From Rhizomicrobium sp. (lineage in GTDB: Bacteria; Pseudomonadota; Alphaproteobacteria; Micropepsales; Micropepsaceae): 64,000 bases of DNA. A program made the position numbers and the translations under genes. Location of the stretch: the NCBI GenBank assembly GCA_035549135.1, contig DASZRM010000093.1, positions 9,378 through 73,377 of the forward strand. Direction: 5' to 3'. Of this stretch, positions 19,681-29,683 are shown in pieces; positions within the stretch are counted from its first letter, which is position 1; each line of letters begins with the position of its first letter. The notes below the pieces were generated by a model, which had not been told where the DNA came from, did not search any database, and saw nothing but the letters and a program-made list of their open reading frames with translations.

Positions 19681-22389
19681 ATGCCCAAACGCATGCTAAT
19701 CGACGCCAGCCATCCCGAAGAGACTCGGGTCGTCGTACTCGACGGACAAAAAGTCGAGGAATTTGATTTCGAGGCCGCGGCCAAGCGGCCGCTTAAAGGC
19801 AACATCTATCTCGCCAAGGTGACGCGAGTGGAGCCGTCGCTCCAGGCCGCCTTTGTCGAATATGGCGGCAACCGACAGGGTTTTCTCGCCTTTTCGGAAA
19901 TTCATCCCGACTACTACCAGATACCGGTCGCCGACCGCATCGCCTTGCTCGCCGAGCAAGAGGCGGAAGCGCGCAGGCGTGCGGACGACGATGTGGAGTC
20001 TTTCGACATTTCTCCGGCCGCAAACGCCAAACCGCGAGCGGACTTCGACAACGGCCTAACCCAGAGCGCCGACGAGGAGCAATCGGCCGAAGGCGGAGAA
20101 GACGCTGAATCGCCGGAAGAGTCCGGAGCTGAACTGGACGCCGAGGAAGACGACAGGGAGGCGCTGCAGAGCGACGAGCCGAAGCCAAACGCCGAAAGCT
20201 GGAGTGGCAAGCCCGCGGGCGCGCAGGAAACCTCAGAATCTGGCGCGCCGGAGTCCGCCGCGCGGCCGGACGACCCTTCTGCCGCAACAATCGCCGAATA
20301 CGCCGATCACGACGCGCCGTCCTTGCATGAGGAAGCGCCGCCGGAGGCCGCCCAACCCATGAAGTCGCAGCGCCCGCCCCAGCGCTGGGTGCGGCGCCGG
20401 CATTACAAAATCCAGGAGGTCATCAAGCGCCGCCAGATCATACTAGTTCAGGTGGTCAAGGAAGAGCGGGGCAACAAGGGCGCGGCCCTCACTACCTATC
20501 TGTCGCTCGCCGGGCGCTATTGCGTGCTGATGCCGAATACGCCGCGCGGGGGCGGGATCTCGCGCAAGATCACCAACGCCAACGACCGCCAACGGCTGAA
20601 ATCCGCAGCCCAGGCTCTCGAACTTCCGGACGGGATGGGACTGATCATCCGCACCGCGGGAGAGAATCGCACCAAGCTCGAGATCAAACGCGACTACGAA
20701 TATCTGCTTCGGATGTGGGATACGATTCGCGAACTGACGCTCAAATCGAACGCGCCCGCATGCGTCTATGAAGAGGGCGATCTCATCAAGCGCGCCATCC
20801 GAGACCTGTACAACAAGGACGTCGAGGAAATCCTCGTGGAGGGCGATGAGGGCTATCGCAACGCCAAGGAATTCATGCGGATGCTGATGCCCAGCCACGC
20901 CAAGAACGTCAAGCAGTATAGGGAGCCGGTGCCTCTCTTTCAGCGCCATCACATTGAAGCCCAGCTCGACTCGATGTTTTCCCCGACGGTGACGCTGAAA
21001 TCCGGCGGCTACATCGTCATCAATCAGACCGAGGCGCTGGTATCGATCGACGTCAATTCGGGCCGCGCCACGCGAGAGCATTCGATCGAGGAAACTGCGC
21101 GCAAGACCAACCTCGAAGCGGCCGACGAAATCGGAAGGCAATTGAGGCTTCGCGATCTGGCGGGTCTGATCGTCATCGACTTCATCGACATGGAGGACAG
21201 CCGCAACGATCGCGACGTCGAACGGCGCATTCGCGAAGCGGTGAAATCGGACCGCGCGCGCGTGCAGATCGGCAAGATCAGCCAGTTCGGCCTTCTCGAA
21301 ATGTCCCGTCAAAGGCTGCGCGCCGGCGTCATTGCGGGATCGACCGTCCCCTGCCCGCATTGCGGCGGCCAGGGGATCGTTCGCTCCGTCGAATCCACTG
21401 CGCTCAGGCTTCTGCGCGGCCTCGAAGAGGAAGGTCAGAAGCTCAAAGCCTCCACCGTCACCGTTCGTGTCGCCTCGGATGTCGCAATCTACGCGCTCAA
21501 TCAAAAGCGCCGGGAGCTTGCGCGGATCGAGAACGACTACGGAATGGCCATAGTTTTCGAACCGAAGGAGGGCCTGATGGCGGGCACCTTCGAGATCGAT
21601 CGAACCGTCCCCAAGACCGCAGAAGAACGGGCGCGCTTCGCCATCTTAGAAAGCGAACCCGCTTCCCAACCCGCATCTTCGCCGCCTGAGTCCGAACCGG
21701 AAGAGATCGTCGAGGAGGTCGAGGAAGAGGCACAGCATCCCGCCAGCGCACAGCCGCAATCCGCCCCGTCCTCGAAGCGCCGCAGGCGTCGCGGCGGCCG
21801 CGGACGCGGCGGCGGGGGCGACAGAACTCCAGCTTCAAATGACCGCCAGCCTCAGCAACCGCCTCAGGGCGCCCCTCGCCCGGCGCCTTCGCCACACGTC
21901 GAACTCGCGGACATCGGAGAAGCGGCGCCTCCTGCAACGATCGATGCGGCGCAATCCGCACCTGCGCCAGGCCTTGGCCAGGCCGCTTCCGGACAACCGG
22001 GAGCGCCGCGCAAGCGCCGGCGGAGGCGTGGACGGCGCGGCGGAAGCAATCGGAACGGAGGGACCGCGGCAGGCGCGCCGGCGCAATCCGCTGGCGGAGC
22101 ATCACCCATCGCCAATGAAGGCGCCATCGAGCCGGCGCACGCTCCCGCCATGGTCGACGAACGGGAGGAGGCGCCGGCGGCGGCGCCAAACGCCGCATCG
22201 AGCCCGGTATGGTCATTTCGCTCGGACGACGCTGAATCAGAACCGTCACGCCAAGCGGACGCAGTGGTTGAACCTGATCGTTCGCCTCGAGCGGCTGGGG
22301 GCGAAAAGGCCGAACCCGCCGCGCCGGCCCCTCCCGCAGAGCCACCAAAGAAGGGCTGGTGGCAACGCACATTCCGCTCCGATCACTGA
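19681..22389 (+). CDS. rne: ribonuclease E
   Basis: MPKRMLIDASHPEETRVVVLDGQKVEEFDFE...GNIYLAKVTRVEPSLQAAFVEYG (S1 domain) interrupted by a long acidic insert, catalytic core ALVSIDVNSG...IVIDFIDM, Zn-link CPHCGGQG, Arg/Pro-rich C-terminal scaffold ending in a GWW motif (KKGWWQRTF). Confidence 0.93.
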   Translation: MPKRMLIDASHPEETRVVVLDGQKVEEFDFEAAAKRPLKGNIYLAKVTRVEPSLQAAFVEYGGNRQGFLAFSEIHPDYYQIPVADRIALLAEQEAEARRRADDDVESFDISPAANAKPRADFDNGLTQSADEEQSAEGGEDAESPEESGAELDAEEDDREALQSDEPKPNAESWSGKPAGAQETSESGAPESAARPDDPSAATIAEYADHDAPSLHEEAPPEAAQPMKSQRPPQRWVRRRHYKIQEVIKRRQIILVQVVKEERGNKGAALTTYLSLAGRYCVLMPNTPRGGGISRKITNANDRQRLKSAAQALELPDGMGLIIRTAGENRTKLEIKRDYEYLLRMWDTIRELTLKSNAPACVYEEGDLIKRAIRDLYNKDVEEILVEGDEGYRNAKEFMRMLMPSHAKNVKQYREPVPLFQRHHIEAQLDSMFSPTVTLKSGGYIVINQTEALVSIDVNSGRATREHSIEETARKTNLEAADEIGRQLRLRDLAGLIVIDFIDMEDSRNDRDVERRIREAVKSDRARVQIGKISQFGLLEMSRQRLRAGVIAGSTVPCPHCGGQGIVRSVESTALRLLRGLEEEGQKLKASTVTVRVASDVAIYALNQKRRELARIENDYGMAIVFEPKEGLMAGTFEIDRTVPKTAEERARFAILESEPASQPASSPPESEPEEIVEEVEEEAQHPASAQPQSAPSSKRRRRRGGRGRGGGGDRTPASNDRQPQQPPQGAPRPAPSPHVELADIGEAAPPATIDAAQSAPAPGLGQAASGQPGAPRKRRRRRGRRGGSNRNGGTAAGAPAQSAGGASPIANEGAIEPAHAPAMVDEREEAPAAAPNAASSPVWSFRSDDAESEPSRQADAVVEPDRSPRAAGGEKAEPAAPAPPAEPPKKGWWQRTFRSDH

Positions 22390-23732
22390 CCGGGCGATAC
22401 CGGAGCGGCCGCCATGCCTTGCGATTTGGCGTCCGTCAGCGCCGAACAATATTCGTTTTGGCAGACGATCGCGTTCACCGTGTCGTAGAGCGTGATGTCG
22501 CCATCGGGGATGGCGGCTCTGGCGAGGGCGTCGCCCTTGCCCAGCCTCGCCAGCGCATCGATGATCGACGCAGTTCCGACCGGCCCGCCGGTGCCGGCGC
22601 CAGCCAAAAACAATCGCGAGCGGTCTGAGGACATCGAAATCACGGGCGTGAGAAAGGCGGAAGCAAGTCCCGCCTTGCTGGCCGAGGGCGCGCCCGCCAA
22701 CGTGAATCCCGCACCCGCAACCGTGTGTCCCGAACCGAAGGGGCCGTTCATCGTAACGGCGCAGGCGACGGCCTCCCCGTTCGTGTCGGTCACCGCAAAT
22801 CCCGTGGAGCCGAGATCTTTTGGGAGGTCAGCGACGCCAAAGCCGGCCAACGCGCGCTTCGTGGCCTCGACGACGGCAGCCTCGGCGCTGTGGCCGCGCT
22901 CCAGGCCGCGCGCTGCGAGAACGCCGTCCAGCAAGGCTCCTGCGAATGCGCCCGCCCCAGTGGACTGGCGCGGCGCAATCACGAATTGATTTCCGAACGC
23001 CAGGGCTCGTGGCGCGTCGACGGTAACGGGATAACTTGCCAAATCACCCAAACCGATCGTTCCTCCCTCAGACGTCGAATAGGCTGCAATTCTGGCCGCG
23101 ATCGGTCCCTTGTAGAGGGCATCCGCGCCCTGCGTCCGGATTGCGGCCAGAGTCGCGGCGAGCTCTCTGTTGGACACGATGCTGCCTGCGGGCTTGATGC
23201 GGCCCGACTCGTCCATGAATTCCGCGGCGAGGCCCGCGTCCAGCCTGACGACGTCCTGGGCCGCATTCAGACGTTTGGCCAGCGCAACGGAGATCGGAAA
23301 TCCCGCCCCGGCGAATTCCTCGGCCGGCGCCACCACGCGTGGCCAAGGAAGCGCGCCGAACTGCGTCTGCAACGCGACGAAGCCGCGCACATTGCCGGGG
23401 GTCGCATAGGCGCCGCCTCCGGATGCGTCGCGCGCGAGAAAATCGAACTCCACCTCGCGACCGTTTCGCCCATCGTGAACGAGACATATCCCGCCGCCGC
23501 CCAAACCGGCCGCGACCGGATAGGTCACGGACAACGCAAAGTACATCGCGGCGGCGGCGTCCGCGGCGTTTCCTCCAAAGCTTAAAATCGAAGAAGCCGC
23601 GCGCGCCGCATTGGGCTCGTCGCCGACGACCATGGCGCCGACCGGGGCCTGCTTTTCAGACAGCCCCAGTTGCGCGCAGCATCCCAGCAGCGAAAGACCC
23701 GCAATACCTATAATCGTTCGAACTCGGACCAT
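22383..23732 (-). CDS. gamma-glutamyltransferase-family protein, predicted lipoprotein
   Basis: From ATG 23732: MVRVRTIIGIAGLSLLGCC (lipobox LLGC), GGNAADAAAAMYFALSVTYPVAAGLGGGG..., putative nucleophile region DLGSTGFAVTD. The track ORF extends to 24080 but that part is Arg-rich junk overlapping the M48 gene. Confidence 0.75.
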   Translation of the reverse strand: MVRVRTIIGIAGLSLLGCCAQLGLSEKQAPVGAMVVGDEPNAARAASSILSFGGNAADAAAAMYFALSVTYPVAAGLGGGGICLVHDGRNGREVEFDFLARDASGGGAYATPGNVRGFVALQTQFGALPWPRVVAPAEEFAGAGFPISVALAKRLNAAQDVVRLDAGLAAEFMDESGRIKPAGSIVSNRELAATLAAIRTQGADALYKGPIAARIAAYSTSEGGTIGLGDLASYPVTVDAPRALAFGNQFVIAPRQSTGAGAFAGALLDGVLAARGLERGHSAEAAVVEATKRALAGFGVADLPKDLGSTGFAVTDTNGEAVACAVTMNGPFGSGHTVAGAGFTLAGAPSASKAGLASAFLTPVISMSSDRSRLFLAGAGTGGPVGTASIIDALARLGKGDALARAAIPDGDITLYDTVNAIVCQNEYCSALTDAKSQGMAAAPVSPGQ

Positions 23733-23902
23733 TGAAGACGCGCGCGTTCCAGAAAGGGTCAGGATGGTATCGGCACCAGCGGCGGCGAAAATGAAGAATA
23801 CGCAATCTCGGACGTCGTGCAGCCCCCGGACGCGCCTCCGTTGACGCGATTGCAGCGCGCTCCTACCGTCCCTCCAGGGACGGGCGCAGGACCGACAGGA
23901 GA

Positions 23903-25291
23903 GTGCAAGCCTTGATCTATTGCAACCCCGATCGCCGCGTCGCCGTGGCGAAGATCGCGGCCTTGGCGTTCGGCGCGCTCGCCGGACTGGCGCTGTTTGC
24001 GACGCCCGCGATCGCGCAGGGAATCCAACTGCTGCAGGATACCGAAACCGAAAGGACGTTGCGTTCCTATGAAGATCCAATCCTGGCGGCGGCAGGCCTC
24101 GATCCCCACGCGGTCAAAATCTACATCGTCAACGATTCCAGCATCAATGCGTTCGCGGCGGAGGGGCAGAACATCTTCGTGAACGCCGGTCTGTTCATAC
24201 AGCTCAAGACTCCGAACGAGCTGATCGGCGTGCTCGCGCACGAAACCGGCCATATCGCCGGCGGCCATCTGGAGCGCGACACGGCGGCGATTCAAAAGGC
24301 CAGCGTGCCGATGCTGCTGTCGTTGGTGGTGGGCGTGGCTGCGATGATTGCGGGAGCGGGCGAGGCCGGCATGGCGCTGATGGGCGCCGGCCAGGAGGTC
24401 GCCCAAGCCCAATTCAACGAATTCAGCCGCGCACAGGAGGCGACCGCCGACAATATGGGCCAGAGATACCTTCGCGCCACTCATCAGTCCGGCGAAGGCA
24501 TGGTGCATGTGTTTGAGCGCATGGCCAACGAAGCTGCCCGCGCATCGGCCCACCCGGACGCGCTCGCGACGGACCATCCGGCCGATCGCGACCGCGTCGC
24601 AAACCTCCAGGCGATGGCCGAATCCTCACCTTATGCGAACGTGACCGACACGCCCGAGGCCCAGCACGAATTCGACATGATCAAAGCCAAGACCATCGGT
24701 TTTCTATCGCCCGTCACCGATGTTCTGACCCTCTATCCGCCCAAGAACCAGAGCAAGCCGGCGCGCTATGCGCGCGCAATGGCGTATATGCGCCAGCCCA
24801 ATCTGAAACTCGCGCTCGCGGAAGTGAACAGCCTCATAAAGGACGAACCGAACAACCCTTATTTCTACGAGATGCTCGGCCAGATTTACGTCGAAATGAG
24901 TCAGCCGGAAAAGGGCATCGCACCGTACCAGAAATCCGTGGACATCTTGCCTGACGCGCCGGAGCTGCGCGTCGCCCTCGCCGCCGCCCAGCTTGCGACG
25001 GAAAAGAAATCTTACGCGAAGCCCGCGGTCGACAATCTCAAGGTCGCGCTGGAGTTGAACAATGAAGACACCTTCGCCTGGTACGAGGCCGCACAGGGCT
25101 ACAGCATGCTTGGCAACCAGGCCATGGCGGACCTCGCCACCGCCGAGCGTTACTACAACGCCGGCGACGCCCGCGCGCTCTTCTTCGCGCAGCGCGCCGA
25201 GCGCGAGCTGGAGAAGGGCTCTTCCGACTGGCAGCGGGCCAGCGACATCGTCGCCATAGTGACGCCGCTCGTCAAAAAGAACCGTCGATGA
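23903..25291 (+). CDS. M48-family metalloprotease with C-terminal TPR repeats (BepA-like)
   Basis: LAHETGHIAGGH (HExxH), signal-like AALAFGALAGLALFATPAIAQG, TPR-like C-terminal half. Start is GTG 23903 in the track; TTG at 23912 is better spaced from the GGAG and is an alternative. Confidence 0.82.
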   Translation: MQALIYCNPDRRVAVAKIAALAFGALAGLALFATPAIAQGIQLLQDTETERTLRSYEDPILAAAGLDPHAVKIYIVNDSSINAFAAEGQNIFVNAGLFIQLKTPNELIGVLAHETGHIAGGHLERDTAAIQKASVPMLLSLVVGVAAMIAGAGEAGMALMGAGQEVAQAQFNEFSRAQEATADNMGQRYLRATHQSGEGMVHVFERMANEAARASAHPDALATDHPADRDRVANLQAMAESSPYANVTDTPEAQHEFDMIKAKTIGFLSPVTDVLTLYPPKNQSKPARYARAMAYMRQPNLKLALAEVNSLIKDEPNNPYFYEMLGQIYVEMSQPEKGIAPYQKSVDILPDAPELRVALAAAQLATEKKSYAKPAVDNLKVALELNNEDTFAWYEAAQGYSMLGNQAMADLATAERYYNAGDARALFFAQRAERELEKGSSDWQRASDIVAIVTPLVKKNRR

Positions 25292-25310
25292 TCGAACGGC
25301 GGATGGTTCA

Positions 25311-26066
25311 ATGACCGAACGGGGCGGCAAGGAGCTATGGAAGCCTGCGCTGATCGGCGGCGCTGCCGGAGCTGGCCTCGCCACGATCCTTGTCTTCGGC
25401 GCGGCCGTGCTGGGCCTTTTTCCTTCGCCGAGGGATCGGCAATTCGAATCCTATCTGATGTCGCATCCCTCGATCATTTTGGCCATGGCCGAGAAGGCGC
25501 AGCGCGATCAAGCGCAATCCGAAGAACGAGCGCTTCAGTCGGCGGTCGACAAGATCGGACTTTCGACCTACTTCGATCCCAAACTCGCCTTCGTGACCGG
25601 TCCGGCCAATGCCAAGAACTCGCTCGTCGAGTTCTTCGATTACAACTGCGTGCATTGCCGCAACAGCTATCCTGTCGTAAAGAAATTTTACGACGCCCAC
25701 CGCGCCGATACGCGCTTTGCCTTCGTCGAGTTTCCGATATTCGGAAAGGACTCCGAGAAAGCTGCGCGCGCTGCGTTGGCGGCGAGGCGCCAGCCGGACA
25801 AATATGTCGCGTTCCACTTCGCCCTCATGGGCCAAGACGGGGAAATCGGAGCCAGCCAGATCGCCGATGCCGGACGGAAGGCCGGGCTGGACCTCGACCG
25901 GCTGGAATCCGACATGAGCGACCCGGCATTGGATCGCCAGATCGCCGTGGCGCATGCGCTGGCGACGCGAACCGGGATCACGGGAACGCCGTTCTTCATC
26001 GTCAACGGCAAGGCGCATGAGGGCGAAATCGATGAGGCGTTTCTTAAGAAGATGACCGGCGCCTGA
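25311..26066 (+). CDS. DsbA-family thiol:disulfide oxidoreductase
   Basis: N-terminal TM, thioredoxin-fold active site FFDYNCVHCRNSYP (CxxC), C-terminal GITGTPFFIVNG. Confidence 0.85.
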   Translation: MTERGGKELWKPALIGGAAGAGLATILVFGAAVLGLFPSPRDRQFESYLMSHPSIILAMAEKAQRDQAQSEERALQSAVDKIGLSTYFDPKLAFVTGPANAKNSLVEFFDYNCVHCRNSYPVVKKFYDAHRADTRFAFVEFPIFGKDSEKAARAALAARRQPDKYVAFHFALMGQDGEIGASQIADAGRKAGLDLDRLESDMSDPALDRQIAVAHALATRTGITGTPFFIVNGKAHEGEIDEAFLKKMTGA

Positions 26067-26077
26067 AGGGCCGTACG

Positions 26078-27061
26078 CTAGATCAGGCCCGCCAGCGGAC
26101 TCGACGGATCGGCGTAGCGCTTCATCTGCATGCGGCCCGCTAGATATGCCAGGCGCCCCGCCTGCACCGCGTGGCGCATCGCGCGCGCCATGGTAATGGG
26201 ATCCTTGGCTTCCGCGATCGCCGTGTTCATCAGCACGCCGTCGCAGCCGAGCTCCATCGCCTCGGCGGCGTCGGACGCGGTGCCGACTCCGGCATCGACG
26301 ATCACGGGGACCTTCGCGTTCTCCACGATCATCCGGATGTTCACCGCGTTCTGCACCCCGAGGCCCGAGCCAATTGGCGCGGCCAGCGGCATGATGGCGG
26401 CAGCCCCCTTCTCTTCCAGCTTCTTGGCCATTAGCGGATCGTCGCTGCAATAGACCATCACCTCAAAACCTTCCTTGACCAGAAGCTCGGTGGCGCGCAG
26501 CGTTTCGATCATGTCCGGATAGAGCGTCTTGCGATCGCCGAGCACTTCGAGTTTGACGAGCGTCCAGCCTCCGGCTTCGCGCGCAAGCCTTAGGGTGCGC
26601 ACCGCCTCCTCGCCGGTAAAGCAGCCGGCGGTGTTTGGCAGGTAGACGTATTTCTTCGGATCGATGAAATCGACGAGTTTCGGCTGATTGGGATCGGTCA
26701 AATTCACGCGGCGCACCGCCACGGTCACCATCTCCGCGCCGCTGGCTTCGAGCGCCGCCGCATTCTCTGCATAAGACTTGTACTTGCCCGTGCCGATGAT
26801 CAGACGCGAAGAGAAAATCCGGCCGGCGATCGCGAACGGCTTTTCCTCGACCGCCGCGCCGCCGCCGATGAAATGAACGATCTCGAGGCGGTCGCCGTCC
26901 TGCAGCGTCACCGCCTCGTATCTCGATCGGGGAACGATTTCGAGATTTCGCTCGACGGCGATTTTCGCGGGGTCCATGCCGAGGGCCAAAAGAAGCGACC
27001 GCACGCTCAAATGACCGTCGAGGCTTCGCGGTTCGCCATTGATCGTAACGTTCAAGGCCAT
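26078..27061 (-). CDS. thiG: ThiS-ThiG fusion: sulfur-carrier protein fused to thiazole synthase
   Basis: Residues 1-68 [14 protein letters not shown]...[14 protein letters not shown] are ThiS-like (ends in the GG motif). They continue without stop into ThiG: [14 protein letters not shown]...[10 protein letters not shown]...LPNTAGC...[13 protein letters not shown]...[17 protein letters not shown] riboswitch directly upstream. Confidence 0.88.
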   Translation of the reverse strand: MALNVTINGEPRSLDGHLSVRSLLLALGMDPAKIAVERNLEIVPRSRYEAVTLQDGDRLEIVHFIGGGAAVEEKPFAIAGRIFSSRLIIGTGKYKSYAENAAALEASGAEMVTVAVRRVNLTDPNQPKLVDFIDPKKYVYLPNTAGCFTGEEAVRTLRLAREAGGWTLVKLEVLGDRKTLYPDMIETLRATELLVKEGFEVMVYCSDDPLMAKKLEEKGAAAIMPLAAPIGSGLGVQNAVNIRMIVENAKVPVIVDAGVGTASDAAEAMELGCDGVLMNTAIAEAKDPITMARAMRHAVQAGRLAYLAGRMQMKRYADPSSPLAGLI

Positions 27062-27094
27062 TTCGTCCTCGCTTTGCGGGAGCGCGGCGCCATG

Positions 27095-27200
27095 GCCATC
27101 CGCTCCCTCCGCCGGTGCAAACCGGATCAGGTTCGAAGGGACACGCCTCGCGGCGATCTCAGCCAGGCCGGACTGACCGACCGTGGCGCCCCTGGGATGA
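27095..27200 (-). promoter_or_regulatory. TPP (THI-box) riboswitch
   Basis: Reverse strand reads GGGGCGCCACGG...GGCUGAGAUCGCCGCGAGGCGUGUCCCUUCGAACCUGAUCCGGUUUGCACCGGCGGAGGGAGC, matching the conserved CUGAGA ... ACCUGAUCCGG ... CCGGCG.AGGGA core. It lies about 35 nt upstream of the thiSG ATG. Confidence 0.88.
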
Positions 27201-27325
27201 CGGCGATGGTGACCACGGCGCTCCAGAAGTCAACAAATCGGCATGCGCATAAACGTTTCCGTTCCTCCGGCGGGACGACTATAAAGGCCGAATCCGCACC
27301 GACCGGGGGGCTTTAGACCGTCAAA

Positions 27326-27790
27326 ATGCCCAAGAAATCCAAGGCGCTGTCAATCTTCGCGCTGAACGGGCCCAACCTCAGTCTCCTGGGGGCGCGCGAG
27401 CCCGAGGTCTATGGAACCGCGACGCTCAGCCAAATCGCGCGGCAAGTGACGGCGCGCGCCAAAACGCATGGCCTTGGCGTCGTATTTCGCCAGTCGAACC
27501 ATGAAGGCGATCTCATCGATTGGATCCACGAATGCCGCCTCAAGGGTTGCGGCCTGATCCTCAACGCGGGCGCGCTGACCCACACCTCTGCGGCCCTCTA
27601 TGACGCCTGTCGGGCGCTGTCCCATCCGATCGTGGAGGTCCATTTGTCCAACCCCTACGCGCGCGAACCTTTCCGGCATCGCTCCTTCATCAGCGCGGCG
27701 GCCAACGGCGTCATCTGCGGCCTTGGGCCGATGGGTTATGTGCTGGCGGTGGACGCTCTTGCGGGGCTTCTCAAGGTCCAATCGTCATGA
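27326..27790 (+). CDS. aroQ: type II 3-dehydroquinate dehydratase
   Basis: IFALNGPNLSLLGAREPEVYG...FRQSNHEGDLIDWIHE...LNAGALTHTSAALYDA...VEVHLSNPYAREPFRH. Confidence 0.92.
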   Translation: MPKKSKALSIFALNGPNLSLLGAREPEVYGTATLSQIARQVTARAKTHGLGVVFRQSNHEGDLIDWIHECRLKGCGLILNAGALTHTSAALYDACRALSHPIVEVHLSNPYAREPFRHRSFISAAANGVICGLGPMGYVLAVDALAGLLKVQSS

Positions 27791-28308
27791 ACATCAAGAA
27801 CAGGATGATGGGCGCCAGGTTCGGCGGAGACAAGGCGAAGTCGGCCGTGGACGCGGCCGCGATCCGCGAACTTGCCGAATTGCTCGACGAGACGGGCCTC
27901 ACAGAAATCGAGGTCGAGCGCAACGGTTCGCGCATTCGAGTCGCGCGACATGCGGCGCACTCGGTCGCGCCCGCAACCAGTCCGGTCGCGCCCGCAACCA
28001 GTCCGGTCGCGCATTCGTCGGCCGCCGCGCATCAAGAGGCGCCGGCGCCGCTCAGCGCTTCCAAGGGGCCGCCTCCCGGCGCCGTCTCATCGCCGATGGT
28101 GGGCACGGTCTACGTCGCGCCCGAACCCGGAAAGCCGCCTTTCGTCAAGGTGGGAGATGCGGTGAAGGAAGGCGACACGCTGTTCATCGTTGAAGCCATG
28201 AAAACCATGAATCCGATAGTGGCGCCGCGCTCGGGCACGGTCAGCGAAATCTGCGTGCACGACGCCCAGCCGGTCGAATTCGGACAGACTCTTCTCGTCA
28301 TCGCCTGA
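27787..28308 (+). CDS. accB: acetyl-CoA carboxylase biotin carboxyl carrier protein
   Basis: C-terminal biotinyl domain [46 protein letters not shown] (EAMKT biotinylation motif). 4-nt overlap with aroQ stop, 1-nt overlap with accC. Confidence 0.92.
   Translation: MNIKNRMMGARFGGDKAKSAVDAAAIRELAELLDETGLTEIEVERNGSRIRVARHAAHSVAPATSPVAPATSPVAHSSAAAHQEAPAPLSASKGPPPGAVSSPMVGTVYVAPEPGKPPFVKVGDAVKEGDTLFIVEAMKTMNPIVAPRSGTVSEICVHDAQPVEFGQTLLVIA
27967..28008 (+). repeat. perfect 21-bp tandem duplication inside the accB linker
   Basis: GCGCCCGCAACCAGTCCGGTC occurs twice back to back (27967-27987, 27988-28008), encoding APATSPV twice in the Pro/Ala-rich flexible linker. Confidence 0.9.
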
Positions 28309-29663
28309 TGTTCGAAAAAATCCTTATAGCCAATCGCGGCGAGATCGCGCTTCGCATCAATCGCGCCTGCAAGGAGATGGGAATCGCGACTGTCGCGATT
28401 CATTCCACGGCGGACGCGGACGCAATGCATGTCAGGCTCGCCGACGAGAGCGTCTGCGTCGGCCCGCCTCCCGCTTCGCAGTCCTACCTCAACATCCCTG
28501 CAATTATCGCAGCATGCGAGATCACGGGCGCTGAAGCGATCCACCCCGGATACGGCTTCCTTTCGGAAAACGCGCGCTTCGCCGAAATCGTAAACGAGCA
28601 CAAGCTGACCTTCATAGGCCCCAAACCCGAACATATCCGGATGATGGGCGACAAGATCACTGCGAAGCAGGCGGTCAAGACCGCCGGCATTCCGACAGTC
28701 CCTGGTTCCGATGGCGCCGTAGCCGATGCGGAGGCCGCGCGCGCGGCTCAAGAGATCGGCTATCCTGTTCTGATAAAGGCCACTGCCGGCGGCGGCGGTC
28801 GCGGCATGAAGGTCGCAAATTCGCCGGCTGATCTGCAACTGGCGCTTTCCACAGCGCGCTCGGAAGCCAAGGCGGCGTTCGGCAACGACGCGGTCTACAT
28901 GGAAAAATATCTTCAGCGGCCGCGGCACGTCGAAATCCAGGTGCTCGCCGACAGCGCCGGCAACGTCATCCACCTGGGCGAGCGCGATTGCTCACTGCAG
29001 CGCCGCCACCAGAAGGTCTTGGAGGAGGCCGGATCGCCCGCGCTGAATTCGACCCAGCGCGAAGATATCGGCGCGACGGTCACACGCGCACTCGCAAGCC
29101 TCGGTTACCTCGGCGCCGGGACGGTGGAATTTCTCTTCGAGGACGGGCGATTCTATTTCATCGAAATGAACACCAGACTTCAGGTCGAACATCCCGTTAC
29201 GGAAGCGATTACCGGCATCGACATCGTGCGGGAGCAGATCCGCATCGCCGCTGGCGGCCGACTCGAATTGCGGCAGGAAGACATTGCTTTCTCGGGCCAC
29301 GCCGTGGAGTGCCGCATCAACGCGGAGAATCCGTTCACGTTCCAACCCTCTCCCGGGCTGATCACGCAGTTTCATTCGCCCGGCGGACTTGGCGTGCGGT
29401 TCGACTCGGCGATCTACGACGGCTATCGCATTCCGCCTTACTACGACAGTCTCGCCGGCAAGCTGATTGTGCACGGCCGCAATCGCAACGAATGCCTGAT
29501 GCGGCTGCGGCGGGCGCTCGACGAGCTGGTGGTTGGGGGCATCGAAACGACGATCCCCCTGTTCCAGCAGCTCATGCTCGAACATGACATTCTGAACGGC
29601 GACTACCACATCCACTGGTTGGAGCATTGGCTCGCCGGCCGGCAGAAGGCGTCTGCGACTTAA
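28308..29663 (+). CDS. accC: acetyl-CoA carboxylase biotin carboxylase subunit
   Basis: [26 protein letters not shown]...[15 protein letters not shown]...[19 protein letters not shown]...[14 protein letters not shown]. Confidence 0.94.
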   Translation: MFEKILIANRGEIALRINRACKEMGIATVAIHSTADADAMHVRLADESVCVGPPPASQSYLNIPAIIAACEITGAEAIHPGYGFLSENARFAEIVNEHKLTFIGPKPEHIRMMGDKITAKQAVKTAGIPTVPGSDGAVADAEAARAAQEIGYPVLIKATAGGGGRGMKVANSPADLQLALSTARSEAKAAFGNDAVYMEKYLQRPRHVEIQVLADSAGNVIHLGERDCSLQRRHQKVLEEAGSPALNSTQREDIGATVTRALASLGYLGAGTVEFLFEDGRFYFIEMNTRLQVEHPVTEAITGIDIVREQIRIAAGGRLELRQEDIAFSGHAVECRINAENPFTFQPSPGLITQFHSPGGLGVRFDSAIYDGYRIPPYYDSLAGKLIVHGRNRNECLMRLRRALDELVVGGIETTIPLFQQLMLEHDILNGDYHIHWLEHWLAGRQKASAT

Positions 29664-29683
29664 AGCGCGGCGTCGCCGACGGC

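Noticed and set aside
20443-21504. 353-aa minus-strand ORF inside rne, plus the 291-aa (21497-22372) and 168-aa (21864-22370) minus ORFs
   Set aside because: Antisense to the RNase E catalytic core and Arg/Pro-rich tail. The composition is low complexity, and rne is unambiguous on the plus strand.
23733-24080. N-terminal extension of the gamma-glutamyltransferase-family ORF
   Set aside because: The extension is Arg/Pro/Ser-rich, overlaps the M48 protease gene on the other strand, and precedes a perfect lipoprotein signal peptide that begins at ATG 23732.
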